A stretch of DNA of 64,000 nt from Octopus sinensis (taxonomy: Eukaryota): positions 3,658,001 to 3,722,000 of the forward strand of contig NC_043014.1 of assembly GCF_006345805.1 (NCBI RefSeq), given 5' to 3'. The stretch's first letter is position 1; each line of letters begins with the position of its first letter. A model generated the notes under the pieces. The model had not been told where the DNA came from, made no database searches, and saw only the letters and a program-made list of their open reading frames with translations. The position numbers and the translations under genes were made by a program. Below, piece after piece: positions 13,700 to 27,749 of the stretch.

Positions 13700-15260
13700 C
13701 CTATGGAAACTAAGGCTGAATATGAAGGGCCAATGTGGCTGCTGTAAGTATATGCAGCAAACAGCGAGCTCAAATACAAATCAATCCTAAGCAAATTCAC
13801 CTCAGCTTTAGAAATATTTGGGGTAAAGTCATTTGTCCTGCAAGGAGACTTCAGTGCACACCTTGGCACTGATAACCGTGAGAAGGATTGATTAGAAGGA
13901 ATGTCGTCAGTGAACTTAATGGAGAGGTCATAGCAGCCTTCAGTGCAGGATACACACACTCCTCTCTATGGTATAGATATTATTTTAAGACAGGGATATT
14001 TATAAGGGTGCCTGGTATAGAAATACTTGGTGACAGAGGTTTTTGATAGATAGATTTCGGTCATCTTTCACTCTTTGCTGAACGTTCGGGTAAAAGGAAG
14101 GAGTGGAGTTGTCAACTCGTCACTACCTAAATGTCTGAAAACCTGAAAACTCCTACAGTCTGCCGAACACTGGAAATTGGTAAGTCCAGTGCGACCTACA
14201 GAATACAGTTGGAAGCCGCTGTGGATGCTGGGATCAGATATAAAATTGTGGAGACTTTTGCATGCAAATTGAGAGTGACCATCCTGAATGAAGTTGGACA
14301 TCGAAATGGATTCGTGGTTGTATTATTATTCGGCAGGTTCTTCTTCGGTTGAACGCTTATTTGAATTCACTTAAAAGTGGTAAAGCTGCTGGTGATAAGC
14401 ACGTTCGGCTTGATATTTTAGAAACCTTAAATACAGATGGTATTCTCTGAGTGACCCATGTATGCAAGGTGAATGGGACCTTTGAAAAAACATCAAGGCA
14501 ATGGTAATATGGGGGAACAATCAAAATTTTTTCAAACAGAGACCAAAGAGTGTGTTCTAATTATAGAAAAGTCTACACTAGATGTCAGGAAAAGATATGT
14601 AGGGAAATTGTCGCTCCCACGATTACTGTCCGGGACACAGTACAGCCAACCAGAGAGTGAGTCATTCAAAGACAGATCTTCCAGCAAACATTGAAATATT
14701 TCCAAGATTTATACGCTGTAAACCACGAAAAGGCACACGATCACGCGCCCTGGGGCATGTTGCGGATAGCTTACCAGGAGGGTGAGTTTAATGGGCAAAT
14801 ACAGTTTGCCATAAAGAACTTATATGGATGTTCAAATGATTGTATTTATGCAAAAGTCGAAAGTTTTCAACTTGAAGGTTTCACTTAGTTGAAGTGTGCA
14901 TTGTTAGTGCCCCTTCTCACTATCTTTTTTGTGATCTGGTTGAATATGCGCAGCCATTGTTGTAGAGGTATCCCAATTCATCTCTACCTGATCGGTCGAC
15001 TGTTATTTGAAAACGACATGCTGCTACCTGATTCGTCTGATGGTCACCAATAACGTGCACTGAATGGGTTGGCTGCCAGGTACCCCAAGGCAGGATTGAC
15101 AAATACGCACTGTGTAGGAAAGTGCAACATAATTATTTCGGGTCTCTATTCACGAATGATTGGAAGCACAAGAGTGGACAGAATGCTGAATTGTAGATAT
15201 AAACGCAGTGAAGCGCCAGCTCGGGGATTTGATTCTCAGATGAAGAGGGCATTCCATTCT
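13700..15260 (+). mobile_element. Degenerate RTE-clade LINE (AP endonuclease plus reverse transcriptase)
   Basis: VLQGDFSAHLG endonuclease motif; LKSGKAAG, EKAHDHAPWGML and RLLF-x-DMLL RT motifs, with many stops. Confidence 0.75.
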
Positions 15261-16050
15261 TTTCGCATGCAAGCCGGTGGGGCTCGCTCTGGACACTCTA
15301 ATTTTTTCACGGTGAACGTACCGGCCGCCTCGGACACTCGGCGAAGATCACCCTCGGGGGCACCGTGCGGGCGGCAGAAACAATTCTCGACGTAGCACTG
15401 CACATATACTCATATACACACAATAAATGGCATAGATTATTAGAGTAACATTTTATTTAGGAAATTATTGTAAAGTAGAATATATTTCGAAATAAATTCA
15501 GGCAAGTGTCTTAGTATATACTATTGTGGACATATGGATAGTAATGTGGAACTAATTCAAAGTTGGTGAAATTATAAATCATTAGTTAAAGAGACACGGG
15601 TAAAAGACTTTAGCCGTAAAATTAGTTCTTACTTGGTGTGTCATCAGGTTTATCGTCGAGAGATTTCTTGGAGTGATGATGTAGGACAACAAACCCGACG
15701 TGAGGTGTCAAAATTTCCGATGATGGGTCGTGTTAGACACAGTGCACACTGCTGCAATGGAGAGTATATCAACTGACAGCTTTTCGGTGCGTTCAAAAAT
15801 CACACAAACCCCACCTCCAATTTTGCATGACAGGTTAGGGCCTGAAACACTCCAAACAGACGCATAGCATGTTGCTTAGTCGAATTAGCCCAGCATTTAC
15901 TCTACAAATGTTTTGTTGTCAATGTTTGCACTTTCCCATATCACCTGTTTCAAAATGACTGGAATATATATATACCAACTTTGCCAATTTAATCCCCAGC
16001 AATGCCGGGTATTTCTGCTAGTACACACACACACATATATACACACACAG

Positions 16051-16081
<31 letters not shown>

Positions 16082-16098
16082 CACACAGATATTTCTAC

Positions 16099-16146
<48 letters not shown>

Positions 16147-16429
16147 CATGTATATATATAGTTAAATTTAATCCAAACAAAAAAGCACAAAGAAGCACAT
16201 CAACGCGTGGACGTGGAACAAACATAGTTATTGGACGCCCAGGAAAGAAAGAAAGAAGGAGGGTTTAACGTTTCGGGTGGAGCTCTTCGTCGGAAACATA
16301 CGAGATGGAAAGATCCAGAGGAGGAAGACAGGGGAAAAAATCGCCAACGGTACACACCCGTCACATTTTGAATGACCGGAAGGAAATGGGTGAAGAAAAG
16401 TTCTTTCAAAGACAGGAGATTGGTGGAGG

Positions 16430-17505
16430 AAGAAGTATGTGTGTGTAAGTGTGGATATGTGCGGACGCGGAGGTCTGCGTGCGGGTGGTGTGTCTGTGTG
16501 TATGTGTGCAATAATGACACGTGTGTGTGTGTGTGTGCGTGTGTGTGTGTTGTGTGTGTGGTTGTGGCTGCTAATCTTTGCGTGTTGTAGGGCTAGTAGT
16601 GTTAAGAAGAAGGAATTGGGCGTGGCTCCTTTTGTCTCTACCACAGGTCAAGTAGTAGGTACTGCTAGTTTGAAGTATGTGTGTGTATGTATATGTATCG
16701 TGTGTGGTTTGTTTGTAGTGTGTGTGTGTGTGTATGTGTGCGGTCGTGTGTGTAGGCGTAGAGTTAGGGTGTTTGGCGAATAACTGTGCTTTACATAGTG
16801 TATGTGTGCGTGTGTGTGTATGTGTATATGTGAGCAATGATGACACGGTGTGTGTGTGTGTGTAGAGTTTGCGTGTGTGGCAAATAACTGTGCGTATGTG
16901 TGCATACATGTATGTATAATTGTGTGCGTGAATGTATAATTGTGTGCCGTGTGTATGGGAGGTATGTGTTGGTCCATTTTGTGTGTTTGTATGTATGTGC
17001 GTGTCGTATGTGCGCGTAGTGTGTGTGCGTGTACGTGTGCGTTTGTATGTGTGTCTGAATATGGGTGCATATGCGTGTATCCGTGGGGTTGTGAGTTTTC
17101 GGTGTCTGTATTATTGTGCCTGTGTGCGTCCGCATGTGTGCGCATGTTTTTACGTTCGTGTGTGTGTGCCTGCGTTATTGTGTATACGTAAGTGTATGTG
17201 TGTGTGCGCGTGTAGGCGTATATTGTGTGCATGTATATGTATCGGTGTGTATGTGAATTTGTACATGCGTGTGTTTGTGTGGGTTTTTGGAGTTGTGTGA
17301 GCGTAATGTGCGTGCGTTTGCTTGTGTGCGTGTGTGCGCTTAAGTACGTGTATGTGCGTGTGTGTCTCTGCCCATGTGTGTATATAGTGTGTGCGTATCT
17401 GTATGAGTATTGTTCGTTAAAGGTATATGTGGGCATCTGTGCTTGTATGTGTGTATGTACGTGTGTATGTGTGTGTGTGTGTGTATTGTGTGCGTATGAT
17501 ACATA
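16430..17505 (+). repeat. Cryptic GT-rich satellite; also 2000-2980, 30710-31620 and 43460-44380
   Basis: Interrupted (GT)n with conserved interspersed motifs in each unit. Confidence 0.9.
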
Positions 17506-17801
17506 TATCTCCGTGATTACCGTCACAGACCAGGCTATCAGTTGTTGCTACATATCGCTGGTCACAATGCGCTTCGCGTTGTTTTAGCCTTCAAATGACG
17601 CCACCCCGCTGGTTAAGCGAGCAGGCCAACAGACGAAGGGAAGAAAGTTGTAGCGAAAGAGTACAGCAGGGATCACAACAACACAATCCCCGAGGCTCGT
17701 GAGCATTAAACACTCACTACGCCCAGTCTGGGTATCGAAGCCTCGATCCGACAATCATGAGTCCGCTGCCCTAACCACTAGGCCACTGCGCCTCCACACA
17801 G

Positions 17802-17824
17802 ACATATATATATATATATATATA

Positions 17825-17866
<42 letters not shown>

Positions 17867-17868
17867 AT

Positions 17869-17911
<43 letters not shown>

Positions 17912-18010
17912 CATATATATATATATATAATAATATATATAAATATACATATATATATATAATATATATATACATATATATATATACATGAATATATATA
18001 TATATATAAC

Positions 18011-18069
<59 letters not shown>

Positions 18070-18135
18070 CATATATACATATATATATATATTATATATA
18101 TATACATATTTATATATATATAATATTATAATATA

Positions 18136-18168
<33 letters not shown>

Positions 18169-18190
18169 CATACATATCAATATATAGGTA
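17802..18190. repeat. Long (TA)n tract; others at 1620-1735, 44655-44960, 60745-60880, 62195-62345 and 63885-63980
   Basis: Seen directly. Confidence 0.95.
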
Positions 18191-18214
18191 TACACATAAT
18201 ATCACAAATAACTA

Positions 18215-18541
18215 AAGACTAAAGACTCCGTCGGTTACGACGACGAGGGTCCCAGCTGATACGATCAACGGAACAGCCTGCTCGTGAAATTAACGTGCAA
18301 ATGGCTGAGCATTCCACAGACACGTGTACCTTAACGTACTTCTCGGGAGATCAGAGTGCGAGACAGAGAGTGACAAGGCTGACCTTTGAAATACAATTAC
18401 AACTCATTTTTGCCAGCTGAGTGGACTGGAGCAACGTGAAATAAAGTGTCTTGCTCAAGGACACAACGCGTCGCCGGGAATCGAACTCACAACCTTACGA
18501 TCATGAGTCGAATGCCCAAACAAATAAGCCACGCGCCTTCA
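18215..18541 (-). mobile_element. tRNA-derived SINE (family 3), unit 2 only
   Basis: GAGTTCGATTCCC B box followed by TTGTGTCCTTGAGCAAGACACTT. Confidence 0.7.
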
Positions 18542-19228
18542 CATCACAAATATACGTATCTACATATACGCATACACACACACAACGCACACATATATGT
18601 GAGTGGACATACACTGTATAGTGTGATTGTTCGTGTACAATTGAGCACGTGTGTCTGTGTGCGTGCGTATGTGTGTGTGTTTGTGTTTATTTGTGCGTGT
18701 GTTTGTCCGTGTGTCTGTGTGTATGTATTTACATTCGTTCTTACATATTGTCATATATAAAAACCAACGTGAATTACAGTCAAACATTACGAAATTCACC
18801 GATCTACATTGGCACTCGCACGTTTTATTTTCAGTTGGAAAGAAAAGATTTAAAAAAACTCGCCTCACTTCCGTTCCTGATGGAGAGAAATAGATAAATG
18901 TGTGTAAATATGTACGTATTCCTATGTGTGCGTGTGTGTGTGTTTGTATGTGTTTGTTTCTGTGCGTGTGTGTAAGTATACATCTAGATATAATCCTTAA
19001 CACTAATATTAATAGGGCTAAACGTTGCAGCGACAGGGCATGGCCATGCTGGAACCCCACCATTAGATTTTTTTCATTACGCACTTATTTCCCTCTCCAG
19101 GATTATGTCTGGTGAAAGAGCGATCGGACAGGAGTACAATTCCACTCTTCTTTGTGTTTCCTTGGGATGTGTGTATATGTACGTATATATAGATATATAT
19201 ATATATGTATCCATATACACACATATAT

Positions 19229-19303
<75 letters not shown>

Positions 19304-19727
19304 TGTAGATAAATAGATTGATAGATAGATATGTATGTACATACATACGTAACTATATATGTGTGTATGTATATATGATATGTATATATAAGTATGGATG
19401 TATATGTGTGTATGTATAGCACACATAGTGTGTGTATAGCACACATAGTGTGTATGTATCTATGTTTTATGTATGTGTCTGTTATTGTCGCACCACTATT
19501 GATGTCGTTGTTTTTACATCCCCGTTACACAGCGGTTCGGCTAGAGATACCGATAGAATAATCAATAGGCTTACAAAGAATAATTCCTGAAGTCGACTTG
19601 TCCTACTGAACGCAGTGCTCTAGCATGGCCGCAGTCAAATGACTGAAACGAGTAAAAGAATATATTTATATACAAACACACACACACACACACACACATA
19701 CATACATATATATATATAGATAGATAA

Positions 19728-19762
<35 letters not shown>

Positions 19763-20135
19763 CAGGGAGATACAGTGATAGATACACACACGCATATATT
19801 TGTTTGTATATATATATCTATATATGTTCACGCACTAATATATTCATATATATGTATATTTATATATACAAATATATGTATATGATATATATGTATGTTT
19901 AGGTGTGTGCGATGTGTGTTCGTGTGTGATTACGAGTGTGATCTTATGTGTGCGTGTGTGCTCCATAGGGACATATGTACGTGATTCATGCATACATCCT
20001 TACATCCATCCATCCATCGGTACGTACATACATCCACATATTAATACATACATACGTAAATGCATACATACATACATACATGCATATATAAATACATAAA
20101 GACATACATATATTAACATAAAATCCATGACTTAC

Positions 20136-20279
20136 CGTTTTCGATTTCTCTTCCATTTTTCCTATTCTTGAATCTTGATGAAGAATCACGATCGTCAGAA
20201 CGAGAAGAACCGCAAAAGCTATGAGAGAAGAAATGGAATAACGCTGCGAAATATTCCTGGACAGTTGTGCGAAATCCAT
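20136..20279 (-). CDS. Copy A exon 1 (signal anchor)
   Basis: Same 144-nt exon as 7217-7360 with GTAAGT donor; linkage to the C4 exons is inferred from position and strand in every unit. Confidence 0.75.
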
Positions 20280-20899
20280 TCTGGTGACAGTTGTCGGTCG
20301 TACGTGATACTTCGTGTGGCTTCAACAAAAGATCGAGATGCGAGGTTTAAGCTGAAGACCTGTAACTGAATTCCACGTATTTATTGAGCGCACAACAACC
20401 CAGCTCTGGCAGAGATCTTATCGTAAATTTATGAACCAATGCGATTGGTGGAACTGTAAAAGCGGGTGTGAACTTGTCTGACTGGTTTAATTATTGGAAA
20501 GAGATGGTTTGATATTGTCACACAATAATTAGCAAAATATTTTGATGAATGAGAGACACGTGTAAAGTGAAATGATTCCTGTTTCTGGATATATTATGAT
20601 ACGTTTTTTTACTAATGTTGTTATTTAATTTTATTTGTTATTCTTGGGAAACTGTTTTAATATTCAGTGTGGGAAATATTTCGTTCAATCAACAAATAGA
20701 CAGACACACACGCATACACACACACACACACACACTGACACACACACTGACACACAAACACACACTGACACACACACAAGCACACACTGACACAATCGCA
20801 AGACTTAATCTAATGAAGTCCGCTGTTCGGATTGGATTCTTCACAAGCGTTAATCTGATTAGAAAAGTTTTATGAGAATATCAAAATCAAAACCTACCA

Positions 20900-22278
20900 A
20901 TTCACACCCACCCATACATACATATATACATACAAACATGCACACATACATACATACATACATGCACACATACATACATACATACATGCATACATGCATA
21001 CATACATACATACATACATACATACATGCATACATTCATACATACATACATACATACACAAATACATACATACATACATACATGCATACATACACACTCA
21101 CGTATATATATACATATAAACATACATAAATACCCCCATACATACATATATACTTACATATACACACATATATATACATACATACACACATACATACACA
21201 CATACATACATACAACATACATACATACACACACATACTTACATACATACATACATACTTTCATACATACATACATGTATGCATATATTTATACAAACAT
21301 GTATGTATGTATACATGTATACATGCATGTATGTTTGAACGTAAGCATGTATATATCGATAGACACATATACACATACATACATATATACATACATACAT
21401 ACTTACATCCATACATACATGCATACATACTTACATCCATCCATCCATCCATACATACATACATACTTGGTGGCTGCCCCTTCGTTATCGAGTAGGGCCA
21501 TTGCACGAAGCTTAATCAATGTTGTTATCTTGCAATGCCTGTTCATAAAGATTTTTTTTATAGTGAGGAAAAGCTGTGCACCGTGTCGATCCCAGTCACT
21601 AAGCAACAGCAGCCATAATCCGAAAAGAAGAACAAGTCAACATTATCGGTAACCACTGAGCCGCAGATTATATATAGGAGTTATCCCGTTACCTGAATTA
21701 CCTTCTCCTAGAAGGTTGCCCTAACAAAGTCTAGGAGTCCTTCACTCCCAATGGTTTAACCGCGCGATCGGGTATTCAGTCCGATTATTTCTATGTCCCC
21801 GCGCATGATACAGCCTTGAGACATACATTGGATGGCCGTTGACTCTCAAGAGTTCCTTCGCTCTTTGACGGGTTTTGTCTTTCATCCCGCAGGGTGTCCA
21901 ATAAACTCCCTCCTCACCAAGGAAGCTTCGTGGGGTTGCCGGTCTAGTCGCCGACGACCCGACAATGCAACAGGTTGTACTGGGTTACATGTTTACCAGT
22001 AGCACTCGAAAGTGACCTGACATACATACATACATACATACATGCATGCATACATACATACATACATACATGCAGACATACATACATACTTACATACATA
22101 CATACATACATACATACATGCATACATACATGCATACATACATACATACATGCATACATACATACATACATACACACATACATGCATACATGCATACATA
22201 CATACATACATACATGTATACATACATACATACATGCATACATACATACATGCATACATACATACATACATACATACA

Positions 22279-22312
<34 letters not shown>

Positions 22313-22360
22313 CATACATACATACATACATACATTTATATATACATACATACATGCATA
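20900..22360 (+). repeat. (CATA)n arrays 20900-21465 and 22020-22360; also 47925-48545 and 49100-49440
   Basis: Seen directly. Confidence 0.95.
21465..22020 (+). mobile_element. Probable retroelement 5'-UTR-like repeat between (CATA)n arrays; also 48545-49100
   Basis: GC-richer non-coding block found only in B/E-type units; resemblance to RTE 5' regions is from recollection. Confidence 0.3.
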
Positions 22361-22698
22361 CAAAATTATCCTGTTCATGTTGTTGAAATTCCAATGAAAG
22401 ATACTTGGAACTAAGTTAGAAGCCGTCTCTCTTTCTGTTGACCAGAAATATTCTATTAAACCCGAATAATAACATTCATACATATTTTTAGCTAGTCATT
22501 ATCACTAGCTTTGAATATTTTTCTTCAAGTTTTATAAATCATAGCAAAACATACAGGTACAGTGTCTCCCATTTGAAACTCAATTCGCAAGTGCACCTTC
22601 CGTATGGACTGCATATGTACGACGGAATTCCATAATTATGATTAAATTTTCTTAGATGAAGCATATTAGACCCCTCAGATATAGTTTGACAAAATTTA

Positions 22699-22813
<115 letters not shown>

Positions 22814-24278
22814 GTGTGTGGTGTGTGTGTGTAACACTCTCGGTTTGGCCCTCGAAATAAGGTTAATTTGAAATAAGCTACAAAATAAATCTTACTGCCA
22901 TGTCAGATTTCAACAAAGTCCCATAATTTTTCCTATCGTAATGGCGGGTTGCATATACAGCTGCGCATGCTCTGTACAGCTTAAACATTTGAAGATCTAC
23001 CAGCGTCCGTATTCTATGCATTCGTTTACGATTTACAGCCAGGAAAAATATTGTTATCTAGAGAAGCGAATGCAGATTTACCCATTAGACTAATAATAGT
23101 GGGATAGTAAACATTAATAATCTTTAATCTTTATTGCAGCTTGATGCTGTTAACCGAACCCTTCGTTTATCTGACAAATATTCGACACACTCCAACATAC
23201 TGTCATGAATCCTATTGGATAACGTGACGGTCACAACACCTCAGCCTTCTTACACACAGCATCCGTGCTTGCCCTGACTATATTTGCCCTCTTTACTCTC
23301 ACTTTTATGGGTGTTGTATTCGTTTCGCATGAAATGTATTCAGCTTCTAGGATCCATCCTTTCTTCGAGTCTGGTATGTTTACGTAGATGAGTGAAAGAA
23401 ATCGTCGTATTTGATGATCTCTGTCGCTGAAATGAGGCAATTTCTCTGGTTGATTTCATTTCTTATTCTTGTATATCAGCGCTTAGTATATGACGTGTAT
23501 GTTGTGTGCATCGAGTTTCATTTTGTATCTTATTTTGAAAAGAGGTGGGAAATTTGTGATATAGATTTAGGTTGGCAGGACCAATACTCAGTTATACTGT
23601 CTTTTGAGGGATTGATCGTGTAAATTCCACATTCTCAGAAAGCTTAATTTGAACATTTTGTGATATTTGTAAAGTAGAAGATAAATAGGTTTTATAAGAT
23701 ATGGGGTAGGAATGGAACGGAAAGCTTTCCTGATTAATAACGGCAAATAGAATGGATTGTGTGGAAGTATCTGGTTGTTGTTGAAAGAATCAGTTAAGTT
23801 CTGTGCTAAGTAATGTAGCGGTTCATGGCTCCTTGTCAGAATCTGATTTGTAATTTGAAAACCAAGATGTCTGAGATAGTAGCGTCGAGTATTAGATTTT
23901 CTAAGGCTGTGCACGAAAAGCTGATATAATTCTATGGTGGTACTTTATAAGGGGTTTGTTGAATCATGAGACAGAAGACAAAATACTGTTAAACAAAATA
24001 ACATTTTATTTCAACGATAAGTTTGATAAACTGAAATCTTACAAAATGTTTTCAAGAATCATTTCGACAGATTTAGATTTTTCTTGTTTTTGAGGATATT
24101 TCTGGCATTCTACGTCGCCTCTTTTGTATTGTTTGAATATCTTCTGTAAACTAGTACAACAGTTTATTGTAACGATAGACATACTTTAAAGAAAATATTA
24201 GGTAACACAATTAAAATTTTATGTTATTTCATGTAATTCACAGACATATTTTTATATGGAACCGAATTTAATTTCTAT

Positions 24279-24776
24279 TCAATATTTACTGCACACAACG
24301 CAGGTTAATTCTTGACCATCGACATACGGTGGACATGGCAATGAACCACAAGAAGCCTGAACGAAATATAATAAAGCTCCATTTTCGTCTCTGTAACCAG
24401 CTGGATCAGCTTCTGGTGCATAATCTACACACACATATTCATGTCTGCCCTTATGCCCGAAATAACCGGACATCAAATATCCCGAATACTACTGCTGTCC
24501 AACCAGGGTAACACTTTGTCCTGGCTGTAACATCATAACACAGCAGGTCGTCGTGTCAAACAGACAGCGCACGGAACGTTGTGATCATGAAGTGATTTAG
24601 CATTAGCAAAAGAATAGAGTTTATTTGTTGGGTATAAATCTAATTGATATTCACTGCCATAAATGTGACCACCTTTTTCTTCTCCTGTATATAATTGGCC
24701 CAAATGGGGTCGTTAGGTAGACATAAGAGATTACTTCCGCCACCTGTATGATCGAACCATTGTCCACCAGCCACAC
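24279..24776 (-). pseudogene. Copy B terminal C4-like exon with several 1-nt indels (pseudogene or assembly error)
   Basis: Homologous to A and E (QWFDHTGGGSNLLCLPNDP...MSGYFGHKGRHEYVC...VCSKY); three -1 and one +1 indels, 498 nt. Confidence 0.7.
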
Positions 24777-25283
24777 CTAGAATTGGTAAGAATAAATCAA
24801 ATAAAAAAGATAAGAGGAAAAATTATATATGAAATAATGGAAACATTCATAACAGTTTGACCCTTAAAAGAAGTCATGTTTAGTCACGTGAGAACGAATT
24901 GTTGTGTATATGTTGTGTTTATTTGAGTGTAAGCTGTGTGTTGCTGTATGGGAGTGCGCATGTTTTCGCAGCTGTGCCTTTCTCTCTCTGTTCATGTATA
25001 TATATATATATATATATATTATATATTATATATATATATATAGTATATATATATATATTTAATCCAAGCATAAAAAACACAAGAGAAAGCACAATATTGC
25101 GAGGACTTGGAACAACAATAGTGTTATTGGACGCCCATGAAGAAGGAAAGAATGAGGGTTTATCGTTTCGAGCGGAGCTCTTCGTCAGAATCATAAGAAA
25201 AGGAAAGATCCAAGAAGGGTAAACGGAGGGAAAAAATCGCCAACGGTACTCAGGCGGTCACATTTAAATGATATATATATATA

Positions 25284-25323
<40 letters not shown>

Positions 25324-25329
25324 TGTGTG

Positions 25330-26000
25330 GTTTACGAGTCAGTATTTGTGGTTGTGATGTGTATTGCATGGGTGATGTGTATTGCATGGGGTGTGTGGAT
25401 GTCAATAAACGGAGAAGGAAAGGGATTTTGTGACGCATGTGGTCGTGATTTCCCGACATGGAAAAGATGTCGTTCACGTTTGAACGGGAAAATTGTTGGT
25501 GATGGGAATTGCATGTGGTTTGAGTAGAACAATACGAGAGAAGGTGAGATGCAGAGACTGGTGGGTAAGAGGGGATGAAATACTGTTTAGCCGACCATAC
25601 GGGTGTGACTGGCTACATCCAACGGTTTGTCTCGGACGAGTCAGGCCTACCACGAGACGGGCCTACCACTTACTATAATATTATGATCACACAGATTTTA
25701 TTTCATCAAAGCATGAACTAAGGTGGGGTGAATTTTGAAGCTCATTGATGGCGTAGTGCTTAAGATGAATGGAGAGCGGAGTGGGCGACCGATAAGGTTA
25801 CGTATAGGGTTTTATAGGGAGCAGATTCACAAAGGATGCGACGTCGGTTGGAGAAGATGTGGAAAGCAGTAGCTTTGAATTGGAGGTGCCGGCGTTACCT
25901 TACAAAGATATACTGGACAATAATGAGGGGAGGTAACGCAGGAAACAGAAGGTTTGAGGGATAGTACGATTTCGGTAAGGCGGAGAAGAATAGAAGTACA
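25330..26000 (-). mobile_element. Degraded non-LTR retrotransposon 3' region in the last intron; also ~11450-12100, 39050-39450, 52020-52640 and 55680-56300
   Basis: Shared intronic block whose translation loosely resembles I/Jockey-group C-termini. Confidence 0.35.
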
Positions 26001-26695
26001 ATATGTACTCACTTGGGTTCTCTCAGTGGTACTTGGTCCCTCCATATTTGCATAATACATACCGCCCTTAGCTTTATTCATTAGTTACAGTGTATGGTTT
26101 GTCCAGTCCACATTGTACATTCTCCGTTCATTTCATTAACCATATACATTCATTCATCAGTTCTAAGAGACATTGTTCAATGTAGTCTATAACGACAATC
26201 AATAGACACTCTAGTTAATGATAGTCAAGTGGCCACTTTTCAGCTCTGGTCACTCACGTACAATACCACCATCCGTAGCCAGTACACTTGATCACCAGTT
26301 AGCAGCCTCGGTATTTGATATCTACACTCCATACAAGTCAGCCAGGAGTCCTTGATCGCTACAACTGGATTCCAGTCTAGTCCCTATCTATAATTTAACG
26401 TAGAATTATCTATATTCTGTAGTTAGACAACAACATTTTCACCTGGTCCATAGTAGACAACATTTAAATCTGAATTGACAAAATACTAGAAAGGAGTAAG
26501 CAGTCTTGTGCAGTCTCTATAGGGTATCGTTTGAAACGTGATATATCACATGATTTGCTTGAGTGTGCGTGCGTGCGTGTCCGTGTGAGAAACGGAAAGA
26601 GAGGGGGCGACAGAAAGAGAAAATGGGAGGAATAAAAAGAGAAGAAGAGAAAGATAAAGAGAGAAAGAGTGAACAGAAGTATAGTTTATACTAAC

Positions 26696-26769
26696 CGTCA
26701 TATACAAGGTTGAATAAGGAGGACAAGTTGTTCTGCCCCACCGGGTATACAATGATCCGGGACCAGGTT
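26696..26769 (-). pseudogene. Copy B penultimate exon (PGPGSLYTRWGRTTCPPYS...), 1 nt short
   Basis: Same splice sites as copy A; 74 nt instead of 75. Confidence 0.7.
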
Positions 26770-27749
26770 CTGTGAAATTTAAAATGAAACAATTAAGTAT
26801 AAAACAAAGAATTCTTGAATCCTATACAAAGGAAGTTGTTGGCTTAGAAGGAATTGATAGAGAGGAGAGAAATTTAGAATTTAAGACAAAAGAATTGGTG
26901 AATGAATGAAAATCAGAATGAAAGAAGTAAATGATTCGCTAAGAATAAATTTTAAACGAAGAAAATTAGTCATTTGTCTATTGAGCCTGTTGTTGACGTT
27001 GATGTCAACGAATTGAGAGATTAATCTCAGAATATCAGAATGTTTATTTGTCTCCTTAAGAACAGATGTTTGTTTTGTAGTTGAACTTGGATGTGAGTAC
27101 ATATATATATTTGTGACCATAAAAATGATAAAGTTCTCCTTTTATAGATATGTTGGCCATATTATCAATTCTTGGCACCTGATTGGTCAATTACAAATAT
27201 CAGCTTGGTGTTAGGGCGCGAAGAGAGTCCGTTTCCTGCCAGAAGCTACTAGTATGGCCACCCCATTAAGGTGTGTGACGCCATTCCACCCAATCAATAC
27301 TTCTTGCGGTTATCAGCGCAAAGTGTGCACGGAAGTCTCCTTGTAAGACAATGACTTTACCCCAATATATCCAAAGCTGCATCCCACTTCCGCCTGTGCT
27401 GACATAGTTGGCACCACACCTGCACGGTGGAGTTTCCAACCTACTTCCAAGTGTACGCCTCCGAAGTAACGAAGCTTTCTTGAGGAGACACCGATTATAT
27501 ATAACAGGCAGCGTTTTGTCTCGTCCGGTTTTGACAGTCTAATTCTCATTATGAACTGTTGATCCCTTCTGGAACTGCTTCGGGGTCCTGGAACACGCAT
27601 ATTTTGTATTTCCTTCCAATGCATCACAGATTAAGTTTGGTGGAGACTGATATATATTTCCCGAATCGACACCTCCACTCATGACCCGGAGGTAACTGCT
27701 TTGATCCCTCTCGATGGATGACGGGTATGGCTATTCCTTGGAGCCCTTT

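Noticed and set aside
18560-19084. Frame containing TENKTCECQCRS as a coding exon
   Set aside because: Three copies (0, B, C) have TAA in this frame, and two also have a shifted poly-T length
26100-26165. CTGATGA...GAAA on the minus strand; also TCATCAG at ~856 and ~15643
   Set aside because: No compatible stems or valid NUH cleavage triplet
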